A stretch of DNA of 63,407 bases, filler included, from Asterionella formosa (taxonomy: Eukaryota), in assembly GCA_002256025.1 (NCBI GenBank). It is 12 parts of 12 records of this genome, joined end to end, with 100 filler letters (N's around TTAATTAATTAA, not from the genome) between each part and the next. Parts side by side here need not be neighbours in the genome. Positions count along the whole stretch, not along the records: positions 37,103 to 42,291 come from NKIB01013179.1; positions 42,392 to 47,576 come from NKIB01013180.1; positions 47,677 to 52,859 come from NKIB01013181.1; 9 more parts are not named here. One strand, 5' to 3'. Shown here piece after piece: positions 38,574 to 50,789 of this stretch; the stretch's first letter is position 1, and every line of letters begins with the position of its first letter. Position numbers and translations under genes: made by a program. The notes below the pieces were generated by a model that was not told the DNA's origin, made no database searches, and was given only the letters and a program-made list of their open reading frames with translations.

Positions 38574-38584
38574 CCAGGTACCCT

Positions 38585-38925
38585 GGGAGATTTCGATACT
38601 GCACCAGTAAGTATAGAATTACTCCCTGGGGCAATACCGTACCACGCACACCCATACCCAGTACTGGTTATCCACAAGGAGACCGTCCGAAAGGAAATAC
38701 AACGGTTATTTGATTTAGGCGTGTTGGAGAAATGTAACGACTCGGCATTATAGCAAAAAAAACAGGTACTGTCCGCGTAGTTTCGGACTTTCGCCGGCTT
38801 AATGCAAATATATCAAACGAAAACCGTTTCCCGGCATTAGACCTTAACATGGGATACTATACAATTTGTTTAGAAAAAAGAGGCACAAAACTTATGTACT
38901 ATAATTTTCCCTTGGGGCAAGTATA
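38585..38925 (+). mobile_element. Gypsy reverse transcriptase fragment, internally deleted and cut by a MITE
   Basis: PYHAHPYPV, KKTGTVRVVSDFRRLN, LDLNMGYY and CTIIFPWGKY. Confidence 0.85.
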
Positions 38926-39115
38926 CCGTATACTTCATTGTCCTTGACCCCCCCTATGGTTGCTGGACCCCCCTGTACATTTTTCTCGAGGTGGAACCAA
39001 TCAGTTTTTCCAACAAAGTAATGTAAACCCAAATGAAACCTTTTAGCACAGCGGAGCTCTTAACATAGCCAGCCGAGGAGCAGTACTTTAGGGTAAGGAG
39101 CAGGGATGAGGGTTA

Positions 39116-39770
39116 CCGTATACTTCATTGTCCTGGACCCCCCCCTATGGTTGCGGGACCCCCCTGTACATTTTTCTCGAGGTGGAACCAAACACCCAAC
39201 AATTTTCTTGTAATAGACAAAGTAACATGCTATATTTCTTTTTGTCCTCGTAGGCACTAGTATATAATAATTTAGCTACCATTTTGCGATTCTTTTGTAC
39301 ATACAAAACACAAGAGACGACAGGTAGTGGCTGTGAGCAGGAGCAGCTGGAGAATCCATCATGATGTTGTCGCAACCTTGACCACGACGAAAATACGAAT
39401 TATCTCCACGAAAATAGAGAACGACGCTTTGCTACTTGCTACCTGTATCAAGAATGACATGGAAAATAGAATCGTAAAAGAAGTAAAGTAATAACACTAA
39501 TAATGACAACGAAAATTGAGATTGCCGATAACAACATGAAGTCGCGTTTTTCTTGCGTGGTGAAGAACTCTCTCATTTTTCACAAGACGAAAATAATTGT
39601 CAGATTAATACATCTTAGAAAAATGTGGGCTATCCTGTAGAACTAAAGAAATTTACTTAGGTCCATTATAAGGGAAATCTCTTCATTGTCCTAGGCCCCC
39701 CTGAAGTATAATCAGTCAAATTCAGTCACGGCAGTGTACATTGGGGGGTCCATGACAATGAAGTATACGG
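39116..39770. mobile_element. Non-autonomous Tc1/mariner-pogo-like MITE; partial copies at 38926-39000 and 63283-63407
   Basis: TIRs of about 28 bp (CCGTATACTTCATTGTCCTGGACCCCCC / GGGGGGTCCATGACAATGAAGTATACGG) with TA on both sides. Confidence 0.92.
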
Positions 39771-40779
39771 TAGACGCAACCGTATTCCTACTATCGTTAT
39801 TGAAACGACACAGATGCATTCATGATAGCGGGTTGATCGTGAGACAGAAACATGGTACCTGGTACCGGTAAGCAATTCTCACTTTCACTTTGTCTGTGAG
39901 GCTTTTTTGTACCAACATTTTGTCAGTAGGAGTGGAAAGGGAAAAATTCTCAATCATTTCCGGGTAAGCTAAAATGACCCTAGGGGTCATTAATCTATGT
40001 TATGTACTGGTAACATTCATACATCGGACTAAACTTCAACCTTCTCCTACATAACGATTATAACGAACTGGGTGGAGTACCAAAGGTATTTTTCTAATGT
40101 TCCTGTTGTACTGATACCGCTATACAAGTACACAGTATAAAAAGTGTAATTAATAGCTCGTAATTTCTCAAAATGTCCTCATCAGTCATGGAACGTTTTC
40201 ATACAAGATCCATTCTGAATTCAACATAAATTTATATGAAGATATGCAATATTGATAAATATCAGTAGGTGATATGTGTGACTGTTTTCTATCATTTACA
40301 CAAAGCCCCTTCCAACACCACATTTTATTGCTCATATAGTGCACATATAACGCAGGGCAAATGTACAAACATATATTATGATGGACATGACTGAAAAAGA
40401 AGTTATTTAGAGCTTCCATGTAGAACTCAACGACATCAGGGGGTAGAGAAATTTTTTCGGGTACTAACTATGATGGACAAGAGTCAAGAATTACAGACAC
40501 GAGCGACATAATACGACACACACGCAAATGAATGTTATAATTAAAAACCAGTATGCCAACAGGTACATATAAGCCCTTTCATCATTCCCTCGGGTAGTCC
40601 AATCGTATACATACGATCATCATCATGGATCATATGTAGCTATATGTACTACATATTGGTACCGATTTATGAGGGTTCGGCATCTTCCCTCAATCATGCA
40701 ACACGAGAAAAGGAGTTTGAACACAAAAAACACTTCACAATAGACAACTTCCATTACATTCAAGACGACGACATTGACA

Positions 40780-42291
40780 ATGCCTAGATGGGAAGAAGAT
40801 GTCAAACGGTTGAAAGCGAATGATCCAAGTTTGACTACACTAGATCTTAGCTGGAATTCAATTGGTGATGACGGAGCCAAGGCCATTGCAGAGGCTCTCA
40901 AGGTCAATACTGTCTTGACTACACTTTCTCTCTGGAGTAATTCAATTGGTGACGATTTACTAAATGATATAAACAAACTCATTGATGCAAAAAAGAACCG
41001 CAAACCAACAGTAGCCAACACAACTCAGCCAATGTCATCAACAACAACATCAAATGCAGCACAATCTTTTTCCCCAGCAACTCCAACGCCAAGCAGTAAC
41101 AATCCAACTGATCCCATTGTCGAAGATAGGTTTTTAACTAATCAACAACAGGAAGGCACCAATACAAAAGGAGACAATGAGCACATTGTACATGAGAATC
41201 TAGTCAAGCTAATGGCAAACACGCAAAAAGACAATGAACGTATTAAGATTCTCATTGAATCTTTTGAAGAAGAGAAGTCAAATCAAGCATTTAGTTTTCA
41301 AGTCACAACCAAGCATCAGGAAATATTGAATGTATTACTTGAAAAACAAGCCAGGATTCTGACGATCAGGAGGAACGAAAGGCAATCCTTTCTTGTAAGA
41401 AATACAGTGAGTTCTATCTAGAACTTTTTGGCAAACTAAACTGTATGATTGGAGCTTGTGAGGGTCTTTCCTCAAACATGCTGGCAGCTGGTAGCAATGG
41501 TTCTGTACGTTCTTTTATCATCCAACTTCTTAGAAATAATAAAGTTGAGCAGATCAAGAATACCAAAATTGGTGCACTTGTTGCTAATGCCATCGGAGTT
41601 GTTAAGAATGAAATACAATTACCTGGTGCGCATACAATTGGTTCTTTCTTTCAGATGATTGTTCAACTCAAAGAGAGTCGAGATCGCTGGTTGGGTGTTG
41701 CTAATGTTGCAGATTTTGCCACCCTAGCTTCCCTGAAGAGAAACAATTATGTATCATACAAGTATGATGTAGAGTGCTTTGCTAGAATAATGGTACGGGC
41801 ATTGCATGCTGACAAAACATTTGGCACCATTGATGACAAGTTTGGGAAATTCAAGACACGCATGCTGCTGTTGCTGGCTGAGAGAGCAAACAAACCAGCA
41901 AGGGAGAAAGGATGTGCAGTTGCTGACTGTGCTCTTGCTCACATAATGAAGCCAGGAGTAGATACTCCTCTCTACAATCTTTTTGATAGTTTCAATTTCG
42001 AGATAAACCTGCATGAATGTCTTGCTGCAAATACCTTGAACATGACCATTGATGAAGTTAAGAAACTACCAAAGATTCAACTACCGAATACAGTCACTAC
42101 CATGAATGCAAATAATGGTTCTGTTTTGAATCAAGTCATCAAATACTGTGTAACTGACAAAACCAAAGTGGTCAGTGATAAAGACGCCTTGATCATCCAA
42201 GGATCCAGTGGAGTTGATGTGGGTTTTCTTTTCAAGGAACTGGAAAACTTGAAAGTTTCCCAAGCTGAAGAAGTGCAGAGATTGAAAGATT
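40780..42291 (+). CDS. RI-like (NLRC3-type) leucine-rich-repeat protein with an unknown helical C-terminus; frameshift near 41370; truncated by the contig edge
   Basis: LTTLDLSWNSIGDDGAKAIAEALKVNTVLTTLSLWSNSIGDD. The downstream frame is open before 41445 (KAILSCKKYSEFYLELFGKLNCMIG). Confidence 0.75.
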
Positions 42292-42391
42292 NNNNNNNNN
42301 NNNNNNNNNNNNNNNNNNNNNNNNNNNNNNNNNNNTTAATTAATTAANNNNNNNNNNNNNNNNNNNNNNNNNNNNNNNNNNNNNNNNNNNN

Positions 42392-43233
42392 GCCTTCACA
42401 TTGAAGGAACCAAGAAAGAAGTTACCAATCAAAAGAAGGAAGATATTGATCGTTTCGGACCTGCAAAGTGGGACAAATATGCTGACTTTGGAGATGAATT
42501 CGATGGAGGTGATGGCCAAATGGGTGTGGCTGGAGATGGTAAGAAAGGTCTCGAGAAGTTTGGAAGTGACGTGTCCCCTTCCTTCGCGAAGTCCAAGACG
42601 ATGAGTGCCAAGAACGCATGGGGTACCTCGACGGGATACGCTTCTAACTTGATTGAAAAAGGAGTAGAAGTAGTTCGGGCGCAGCAAATGTAGAACTGGA
42701 TGAACCAGCAGGAACTCCGCCGAAAGAAGAATGCGCACAGGGAACTGACTGAAAGTTTTGACTCCGTGTCCACCGAAGAAGACTGGCGGGCTCTTGCCAA
42801 GTTTGGAGTTCAGAGGAATCAGGTATGGTCATTAAAGATTGACTTAGAATTATTTAATTTTTGATCAGTTGTTATGCAATATCTAACTCGAGGTCTCTCG
42901 CAAAACTACAGGATTTCGATTTTGAGAAAGCATTTGGTGCTGTTGTCCCGGATAGCAAACTATTGAGCTCGTCTCCCGCATTGGTCAGATCCGAATTCAC
43001 GAATTCAATCTAAAGAATGAGTTCATGGGATACGCTGATTTTCGGGCGGCCTTACTTCGGAAACTCCAGGTGATTTCACTGTTGTTCCTTCGGAAGGATC
43101 ATTGAGCAGCAAGGAAGGAATTGACTTCGCGGTCAAGTTCAAGCCCACTAATCCTGGGGCAGTGGACGGCTATCTTGTCATTGATACGGAGGATATGAAG
43201 AAAACTTGGAAGGTTATTGGAAGCACTGCGTAA
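42392..43233 (+). pseudogene. Spliced host-like gene, 3' part, with a nonsense codon and two frameshifts
   Basis: Reads ..FDGGDGQMGVAGDG..AKNAWGTSTGYA..AQQM*NW..AKFGVQRNQ, intron 42823-42911 (GT..CTAAC..CAG), then NEFMGYADFRAA..VPSEGSL..FKPTNPG..GYLVIDTEDMKKTWKVIGSTA*. Confidence 0.75.
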
Positions 43234-43427
43234 ATATGTCGTTTGCTTTGTAGTTTGATCTTTATGATTACATCTCTAGCTATACCAATACTGGATGTGA
43301 TGATGGCAAATTGAAGCGACCTTTTCAATCGTACAACGCTCTAGCTTGTGAATTGAGTAGGTCTAATTTGATTGTCGAGTAATAGTCATTGTAACTTCTT
43401 CGAAAGTAGATCCAAAGTGCTGCGATG

Positions 43428-43463
43428 ATTTGTTGTTGTTGCTGTTGCTGTTGTTGTTGTTGT
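43428..43463 (+). repeat. (TGT/TGC)n microsatellite
   Basis: Directly visible. Confidence 0.9.
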
Positions 43464-43607
43464 TCTCGCCAGTGTGGTACCCTGGTACAGAGTACTTACC
43501 GTATAGCTATTGTTGTATATATAGATATGATATATACCGGTATGCTCCGTCCTATATGTAGTGATTCTACGACGATAATTATTGGGTTTCTAGTGACTAC
43601 ATTCAAA

Positions 43608-43820
43608 GTAGTCAACATGGAATCCTACGTTTAGGTAACTTTGGGAAAAAAAAACCTAAACGTAATGCGTTTGGGTAACTTATTGGGATATGGGCACGGA
43701 ATCCCCTAAACGTAATGCGTTTGCGTTGGGTTTTTCACTCCCGTTAGCATCGTTTTTTAGGGTTACCGAAACCTAAACACTGTTTGGTTTTGGTTTTGGT
43801 CCACCGTTAGCAACGGCCTT
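43608..43820 (+). repeat. Short dispersed element GTAGTCAAC...GGCCTTA; also at 17853-18104 and, internally deleted, at about 28533-28620 (-)
   Basis: Three copies with shared ends in different contigs. Confidence 0.8.
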
Positions 43821-44083
43821 AGCCTAATTACAGAGCCAGTTCAAGTTTTCTTCTTCGCAACTGTAATCTTTGTAGCTTGATGTCACGACAGTAAATTTTG
43901 TCTCACTTTGTTGCTTTATGTCACGACAGTAAATTTCGTCTCAATTATGGGATTTTGGTAAGGTGAAGTTGCTTTGCAGGAACAATCTTTTTCTTGAATG
44001 ATGCTCACAAAGTCCAAATTCTCCATTCTCGCTGAATCTCAATATTCAGCGACTGTCCGAGTGGCAATCGCTGGAAACTTTCC

Positions 44084-44893
44084 ATGATTGTGGTGACGAG
44101 CAGTATAGGATTTGCATTCTCAATATTTGGCGTGAGTGTCTGTCGTTTCGCCATTGTCGTTTTTCCTCTTGACGCTGCAAGTAGGATTGGGTTGAAAGGC
44201 GAAATTGGTCTTGGATTGTTCAATCGCCAAGGCACTGGAGCATATTGGGCCTATCTGGACGATGTAGTCAACAGCTCCAATGTCTTTCCATTCGAATGCA
44301 TTTCGTACAAGAACGGCGAGCGTGATAATATTTTTGGCGCCTCCTGGAAAGCTTCGATCGCCATGGCCGTCATCACAACTATTCTGGGAACTGTAGCCAT
44401 GATAGCCTCGTTCTCGGTCACTTGTCGAAGTCATGAACGCTTCTTCTTCAAGATTCTTGGTGTTTTGCTAATCGCTTGCGCCTTCTTTGGTACTCTTTCG
44501 TTTTTGTGGTTCACAACGGAGCTGTGTTCCACTTACGACTGTCATTACTCCATTGCAGCTGGCTCAATGACTGGAGCATGCCTCATGTTTGCCATCGCTG
44601 GTGTTTGCTCGATGCTTGTACTACCAACCCCTAAACTACCAAAAAAAGCGCCAGTCGTCACGAGTCTTACAAAAAGTACTAATCTTGATGGCGCGATTAT
44701 TCGACCAAGAGCTGCACTTCACGAGGACAAGTCAACAACGGTTGAGGATGGAATGACTCAAGTGATAGGGGCGAAGTCGTCGATTGCCCCTTCAAAGGGC
44801 TCGAACGAAATACCACCGAAAATGAGTGATCAATGCCTATTCATCACTGAAGAAGAGACAGAATCGGAAAATTCTGGATTTCGTCATAAGTGA
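44084..44893 (+). CDS. Four-transmembrane protein (claudin/PMP22-like topology) with a cytosolic tail
   Basis: Intact 269-aa ORF with four hydrophobic segments, GLF and Cys residues in loop 1, and a CxxxxC loop 2. Confidence 0.75.
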   Translation: MIVVTSSIGFAFSIFGVSVCRFAIVVFPLDAASRIGLKGEIGLGLFNRQGTGAYWAYLDDVVNSSNVFPFECISYKNGERDNIFGASWKASIAMAVITTILGTVAMIASFSVTCRSHERFFFKILGVLLIACAFFGTLSFLWFTTELCSTYDCHYSIAAGSMTGACLMFAIAGVCSMLVLPTPKLPKKAPVVTSLTKSTNLDGAIIRPRAALHEDKSTTVEDGMTQVIGAKSSIAPSKGSNEIPPKMSDQCLFITEEETESENSGFRHK

Positions 44894-47800
44894 TGGTGAA
44901 TAAAATTGATCGCATAGCTGGTGCTTCGGAGCACAATGGGTTGTAACAGTTAGTTGGAAAATGCCTGTTCCAGTGCGCACACTGTGTGAGTATAAGCAAA
45001 TATCAACACCCAGACCATTGCGTTATTAAGATTCCCTTATCATGCGGTTGTGTGCCTGTTGGTTTTGAGAATCTAGGCCTGTGTAAAGTTCGAATGAATG
45101 ATTGATCCATGTTAACAATAAATCTAATCAGTGCGGAGGCAATGCATGTATTCATTAGTTATCCAAATTTCATTTTTATCTCATCCTTCTCCCTGTCTAG
45201 CATTGAGAGTGCAAAAATGGAGGACAATGAGTAATATTGTGTACTCCACAGGTAACTAATAGTACTTAGTTACCTTAACAAAACACAATTCATTGTGAGA
45301 CTGATTGACACTTGCAGGCAGAGATAAATAAAAGTGAGGAATCTCGACAAAACTGCAGAAACAAAGCTGATCAAATGGAGATTAATTCAATTCAAACAAT
45401 CAGATTATAAATAGTGATGTGAGAACTTACAAAGGAATTTTTTGGTTAGAGAGGTATACATCAAAGTTTGTTACAAGACTCCAATCTTGACAATAAAATT
45501 TGTATACAGTGATTCTGATCCTAATAACTTGATGACGATTAAAAATTCCGATTTCATCAATTTTTCAGATGATGCTTGCTCATGATGAGAGGAGTTACTA
45601 TGATTATTAAAGAATATTGGCCATTACTGTGTGATGCTCAGGAATAAATTTCTGGTCCAAAGCAAGCTGCAGTTAATGCAGCTACTTTTATGCACGAAAT
45701 CTAAACCTGTTTGTTCAAGGGCTTTTGGCACAGTAAATAAGCCAAATTTCTTTCTGCAGGTTGAGACCAAAGCTTGATACTTTTAAGCATATACAGTTGA
45801 CACCTTCCCCTGCTTAGTAATATACCAACGGAGTTAGATACATTCCTACTCAGCTAGTTTACCTTCCAGGTTTCTTTCTCAATGACGATGGTTGGGTTTC
45901 TGTTTGTAGGACATGTATTACAAGATGGATTAGATATTCCTCGTGGTACATATGGAGTTCCTAGCAAAAATTAAATACCAATTCCTTGGAAATGATAATT
46001 TTCATGAACTAATTTTGAATGACATGATTCCAGCATTTGAAAATTTTTAAAGGCTTGAAATTATCACATAGTCATTGTACATAGTATTCTTTCTCGAATT
46101 GGCTAAAAAATATACTCATTCTGCATCGCTCATTTTATTTATACTTTTTACTCTCATCATCAATTGTATGTCATATAACCCGGCGGCATAGTGGCAAATA
46201 TTTGTTGATGATAGAATAACCAAAAAATAGTGAAGCTGCACATAATCATGAAGGCAACGGAGATGACCAATTCAACTACACTCATGATACATGTCCAACA
46301 TGCCAAGATCGGTGGATTGTTGAGTAATAAGTGAGGGATGTGAGGATCGTATCTTCTGTGAATGCTGCGATTTTGGTCGCCGTGAATGTCAGTGCTGATG
46401 GGATGAAGTCGACGAGTTGATGGAGAAGGTTTTTGGAGAATAATTCCATTCCCACCAGAATGAAGGAGGAATATATTTCGTCTTCACGAGCCCGCTACCT
46501 TGCTTACACATTTTTAATCAGAGTTTCCAGTGGTGGGTCATTGGTAAAGGTGTTTGGAAGGAACTTCCTGACTGTTGTTCAAAGGGGGTTTGATCCCTAT
46601 TGAAATAAAAGGACCCAAAGGAATTGTACACTGGGTTCAAACCAACTTTTAGATGCTGCTGTTGAATTTTGAAGAAAATGTTACATGCACATGTGAATAA
46701 TAAAAGGAAAGCGCTTCAAATAGCACCAGTTGTTAACTTCTGGCGAGAAAGTGCAGAAAGGAACTTACCATGCCAAACAACTGATTTCCCAAGAATTTTC
46801 TAGTCTTTTAGCATAGCGAAAAACGAGTTAACCTGTACCCATAGTTTGACCCATGATGGTATCAAAGTGTGGCAAAAGGGTGTCCAATGGTGAAAGCTCC
46901 GAATAGTAGAGTTATTCCTATTTATACGTGTTCACCTTTCTAGTGAAAAAAGTCCGTGTTTGATTACACTGAATCAATATTATTTTTCAACCCTAGCTCG
47001 AGCTAGGGTTTCAAATGCACGAATCCGCTTAATGCAACCAAATTATTAATATAACTATCTTAAATAATAATAATAATATTATTATTATTATTCATCAATT
47101 TATAAAATACGAAAATTATCAAGCGAACGCCCAAACCCACCTATGAATTCAGCCCCTATGCTACCTTGTAAATAGACAGCAGTAAGCATCACGTTACTTC
47201 TGTTCCTGTCGTCGTCCTGCTTGGCTACATGCATCATTTGATTTGCTTTTGCTGTCATCACTAAATGCATCTACCTGTGCTGGTACCTGGTACCTGGTAC
47301 CGGAAACTGTCATCACCATTATTACCTAACCGACAATTTTAAATACGATATTCTAGACATAGATACGGTAGGTGAATTCAATTTTTTTATTAAATGAATA
47401 TATGTTTCTGAAATCGTTATGAGTTTGCACTCTCTTCTCATTGCAAGTCCATCCATCACGACTGTCCCATTGATACCCGATCAGCAATGGGATTTTGGTA
47501 AGCTGAACTTGTTGTATAGGAGCCATCGTTCTCGTTGTTTTCTCACAAAGGTAACATTCTCCATCCTCACACAAATNNNNNNNNNNNNNNNNNNNNNNNN
47601 NNNNNNNNNNNNNNNNNNNNTTAATTAATTAANNNNNNNNNNNNNNNNNNNNNNNNNNNNNNNNNNNNNNNNNNNNAATTTAAATCGGAAACAATAAAAT
47701 GATATTAGCAGAGAAAATATGCGTATATTTTTGAGTCGACACCAAACCCACACATGCTGATGGTATCAGTCTCCATGAAGATTGTACTGAAAATGTATTG

Positions 47801-50789
47801 CAATTTTGAATGCAGGTTGTGGTTGGAGTCTAATTGACCAAATACCTGATATTTGGTCGATAAGGGGCGGGGCCATCCTTGAACAAGTCCAAAGCATAAT
47901 TGGTCTTGGTCGATGCAGTGGCTAATATATTTTTTCGCTTTTCGACCAACACAACACATCATGAGGTGTAATGACTCCCAACTGCAATTGGGTTGGTATT
48001 TGGTCGATGCGATGGAGATGCTCTTAGCACAGACTTGAATGTTTCATTCAATTCTGCCCAGTAGACTACTGGTAGTAAAATGGATGACAATGAGTTTGTG
48101 TGTATGTATGCTCATAAAAACCCGGTCTGGTGTACCCCCAATCATATTCCGGTATGCATGTACCGGTACGCCCCTCTGTACATCTCTGATTCTGATACAA
48201 TGTACAAAAACACGTCATCATCATCTAAAAGAGGAATCTATCTGAAAGGAACCTTACTAGCCTATCCCTCTCCCAGCCATCTTGATCGTTTTTCGATATT
48301 TCTCATCTTGGACCCTCATGATGTATCATACAATAGTTTCCAACACATTTTAGTAACTATGCTCCACTAGGGCTCTACTGCCGTGGAGAACATTGAGAAT
48401 GTATAACCCGTGTGTGGAGTGCCTGTGAGGGAAGAGCGCCTGTGATGGAGACTTTGGGGAGTTCACATGGGAACAAAAGGATGGCGGGTGAGGGTACGGC
48501 AGATGAGAAACTGAGTGATGGTACCTTGGCGATGGTGATCAGCTACTATGTTGGATATTTCAGGATAGCTGGAGCTAAGCAGTGCAGTAAATATGGTGTA
48601 GTACTAGAGTGCACTAAGAGAGAGAGGCCAAAGAGATGACGCTGTTTGTCTAATCCACAACAGGTTATTCAGAATGACAGTTTTTATCATTCTACAAAAG
48701 TTCTTCTTTTCCAAGTTTTTATGACAACTACTCATGACTCTCTACTATTTCTTCCAAAAGGTGATAATGGATAGTCATGTGGACCGTTTGCAGTCGTGAA
48801 AATTTTAAAAAGTCTACGACAGTTGGAAAAAATGGCAAAACCAAAATTGTTGGCTTTTATGCTCAATTTGACTAGAAGACAGCATGGTAATCTCTTCAGA
48901 TCTTCTGGGTAGCTAGTAGTCCTTCTTAAGCTCCTCATGTAAAGAAGGATAAATTCTTTGGCTGTGGAAACTGCCGATTTGGTCTAAGAAATCATTGATG
49001 GTTACCAAAAAGAACAATGAGAAGGTAGCTACTAATGGAGAAAGCTATACTAGTTTGTTTCTGTACAAAGAAACCTGTGCAGCATTCTATTATGGACAAG
49101 AAAATGTTAAATATATAGTTTATCTAGCGTGATACATATTGTACCATAGGTCACTCGCCACCATAAATTGCCTAGTAGCCTAGTAGGCAAAATATGAGTG
49201 GACATGACGAAGAATGCATATGCACTGAGACAAAAGGCCACATATAGCTAGTATATTTGAACTGTGTCATTCATTAATACCTGTGTGCCAGTATGTTACC
49301 CGTTTATTGGGGCTGATGTGGTGGGATTTACACCCAAATCGTATGAACATGGTACTAGCTATGGGCACCGATTTCATAAGTAGAGGCAGAACAATAGATG
49401 CCACTTATAGTACGCACACCATTGATAAGGACAATGGAGGGGGCATATGTATTAAAGCCTGGTCCTAGACAAGGTAGACGTAAGCGTACATAAAACAAAA
49501 ACCAGTGGGAATATGATAGGACATATGACATGTATTGTGGACTTGTGATCTAAACAAACCAGGTAATTTACCAGGGCTACTAAGTGTGGGGACAATTATT
49601 GACAGTTGTATGACTCCCGCATATTGAGGGGCATAATTAAATCACATGCTTGTAGCTAGCTAGCTAGGTACAAGAATTGATACGGAAAAAATTCAAAGAC
49701 AGCACATTATCAAATCAAGGAAAACAACGATATCCTCATGCGTTCTTGTATATATTTCAATTATTTATGAGCTTGATTTGTAATGATATACACATGATGT
49801 GCGATATAAAGAGTGTCTTTGAGCTATGAAATGTTCAACTGTGTATATATTTATACATTTACAAATTTATACAAGTGCACATGTGTAGAGGTTCCTTGCC
49901 ATGCATACCGGGAACACATCATGAAATGAAAGATGAAGTAAAGCTACAACAAAGTGATAAACCTTGCGGCTGAGAAGGATTGGAATTGGAAAAGTTAATG
50001 GAATCTAGCTATGGTATCATGTCAAGGGCAGCAAACATGCATGTCAAGATGATTGATTGTTGGTTCACAAAGACTAAATCGTAGCATCCTTTTGCATTTG
50101 GTAGTAGGAAACCACCAATGTCGACAAAACAAAATTGGTAGCTAGTTCTTGCTCTTTCTGGATCAATGCACAACTGTTAGAACATCACTGACACATGTTT
50201 TTGTTTATCTTTCAGGATCATATAAATCAAACAATTGACGAATAGCGCATGCGAATTTAGAAATGGGGTTGCAGCTTGTAGCTAGTCAGACAAGCTTCAG
50301 AATCAGAGTGGAAGGGACACATGCATCAAAGGCATTGAAGGGAGGAGGGGGGAGTCATGCATCCTCAAGAGCATTGAAGGGAAGCAGGAGGCATGCATCA
50401 AGAGTATTGAGACAATAGCAAAGGGGACCATTGGTTGTTAAACCGCACAAAATGTAGAAATATAAAAATCATTTGTGTTTTAACAGTAGTAAAATTACAA
50501 TCCATTTCAACATATTTTCAACAGCTATTTCGATTAGAATTAGCATCATCTTAGGATAGATACATGATGAAAGAATGTACTCTTACATCATAGGATATTG
50601 TTTTGATAATTATATGGTGTTTTGTTTTTTATAAGTCTGCTCAACAGCCATGATCATACTTATAGTATACATTTATCATTCATATAACGAAATATGTATC
50701 ATGTGGAGAAAATTTCTGTGCCAGTTATCATATAATACCCCTGAGCGATCTTAGAAGGAGTATGATACTTTTTATTTGCAGAGGTAGTC

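Noticed and set aside
42340..42832. Minus-strand and alternate-frame ORFs listed in the track
   Set aside because: They are shadows of the plus-strand spliced pseudogene.
43425..43634. Poly-Cys ORF
   Set aside because: It is the translation of a (TGT/TGC)n microsatellite.
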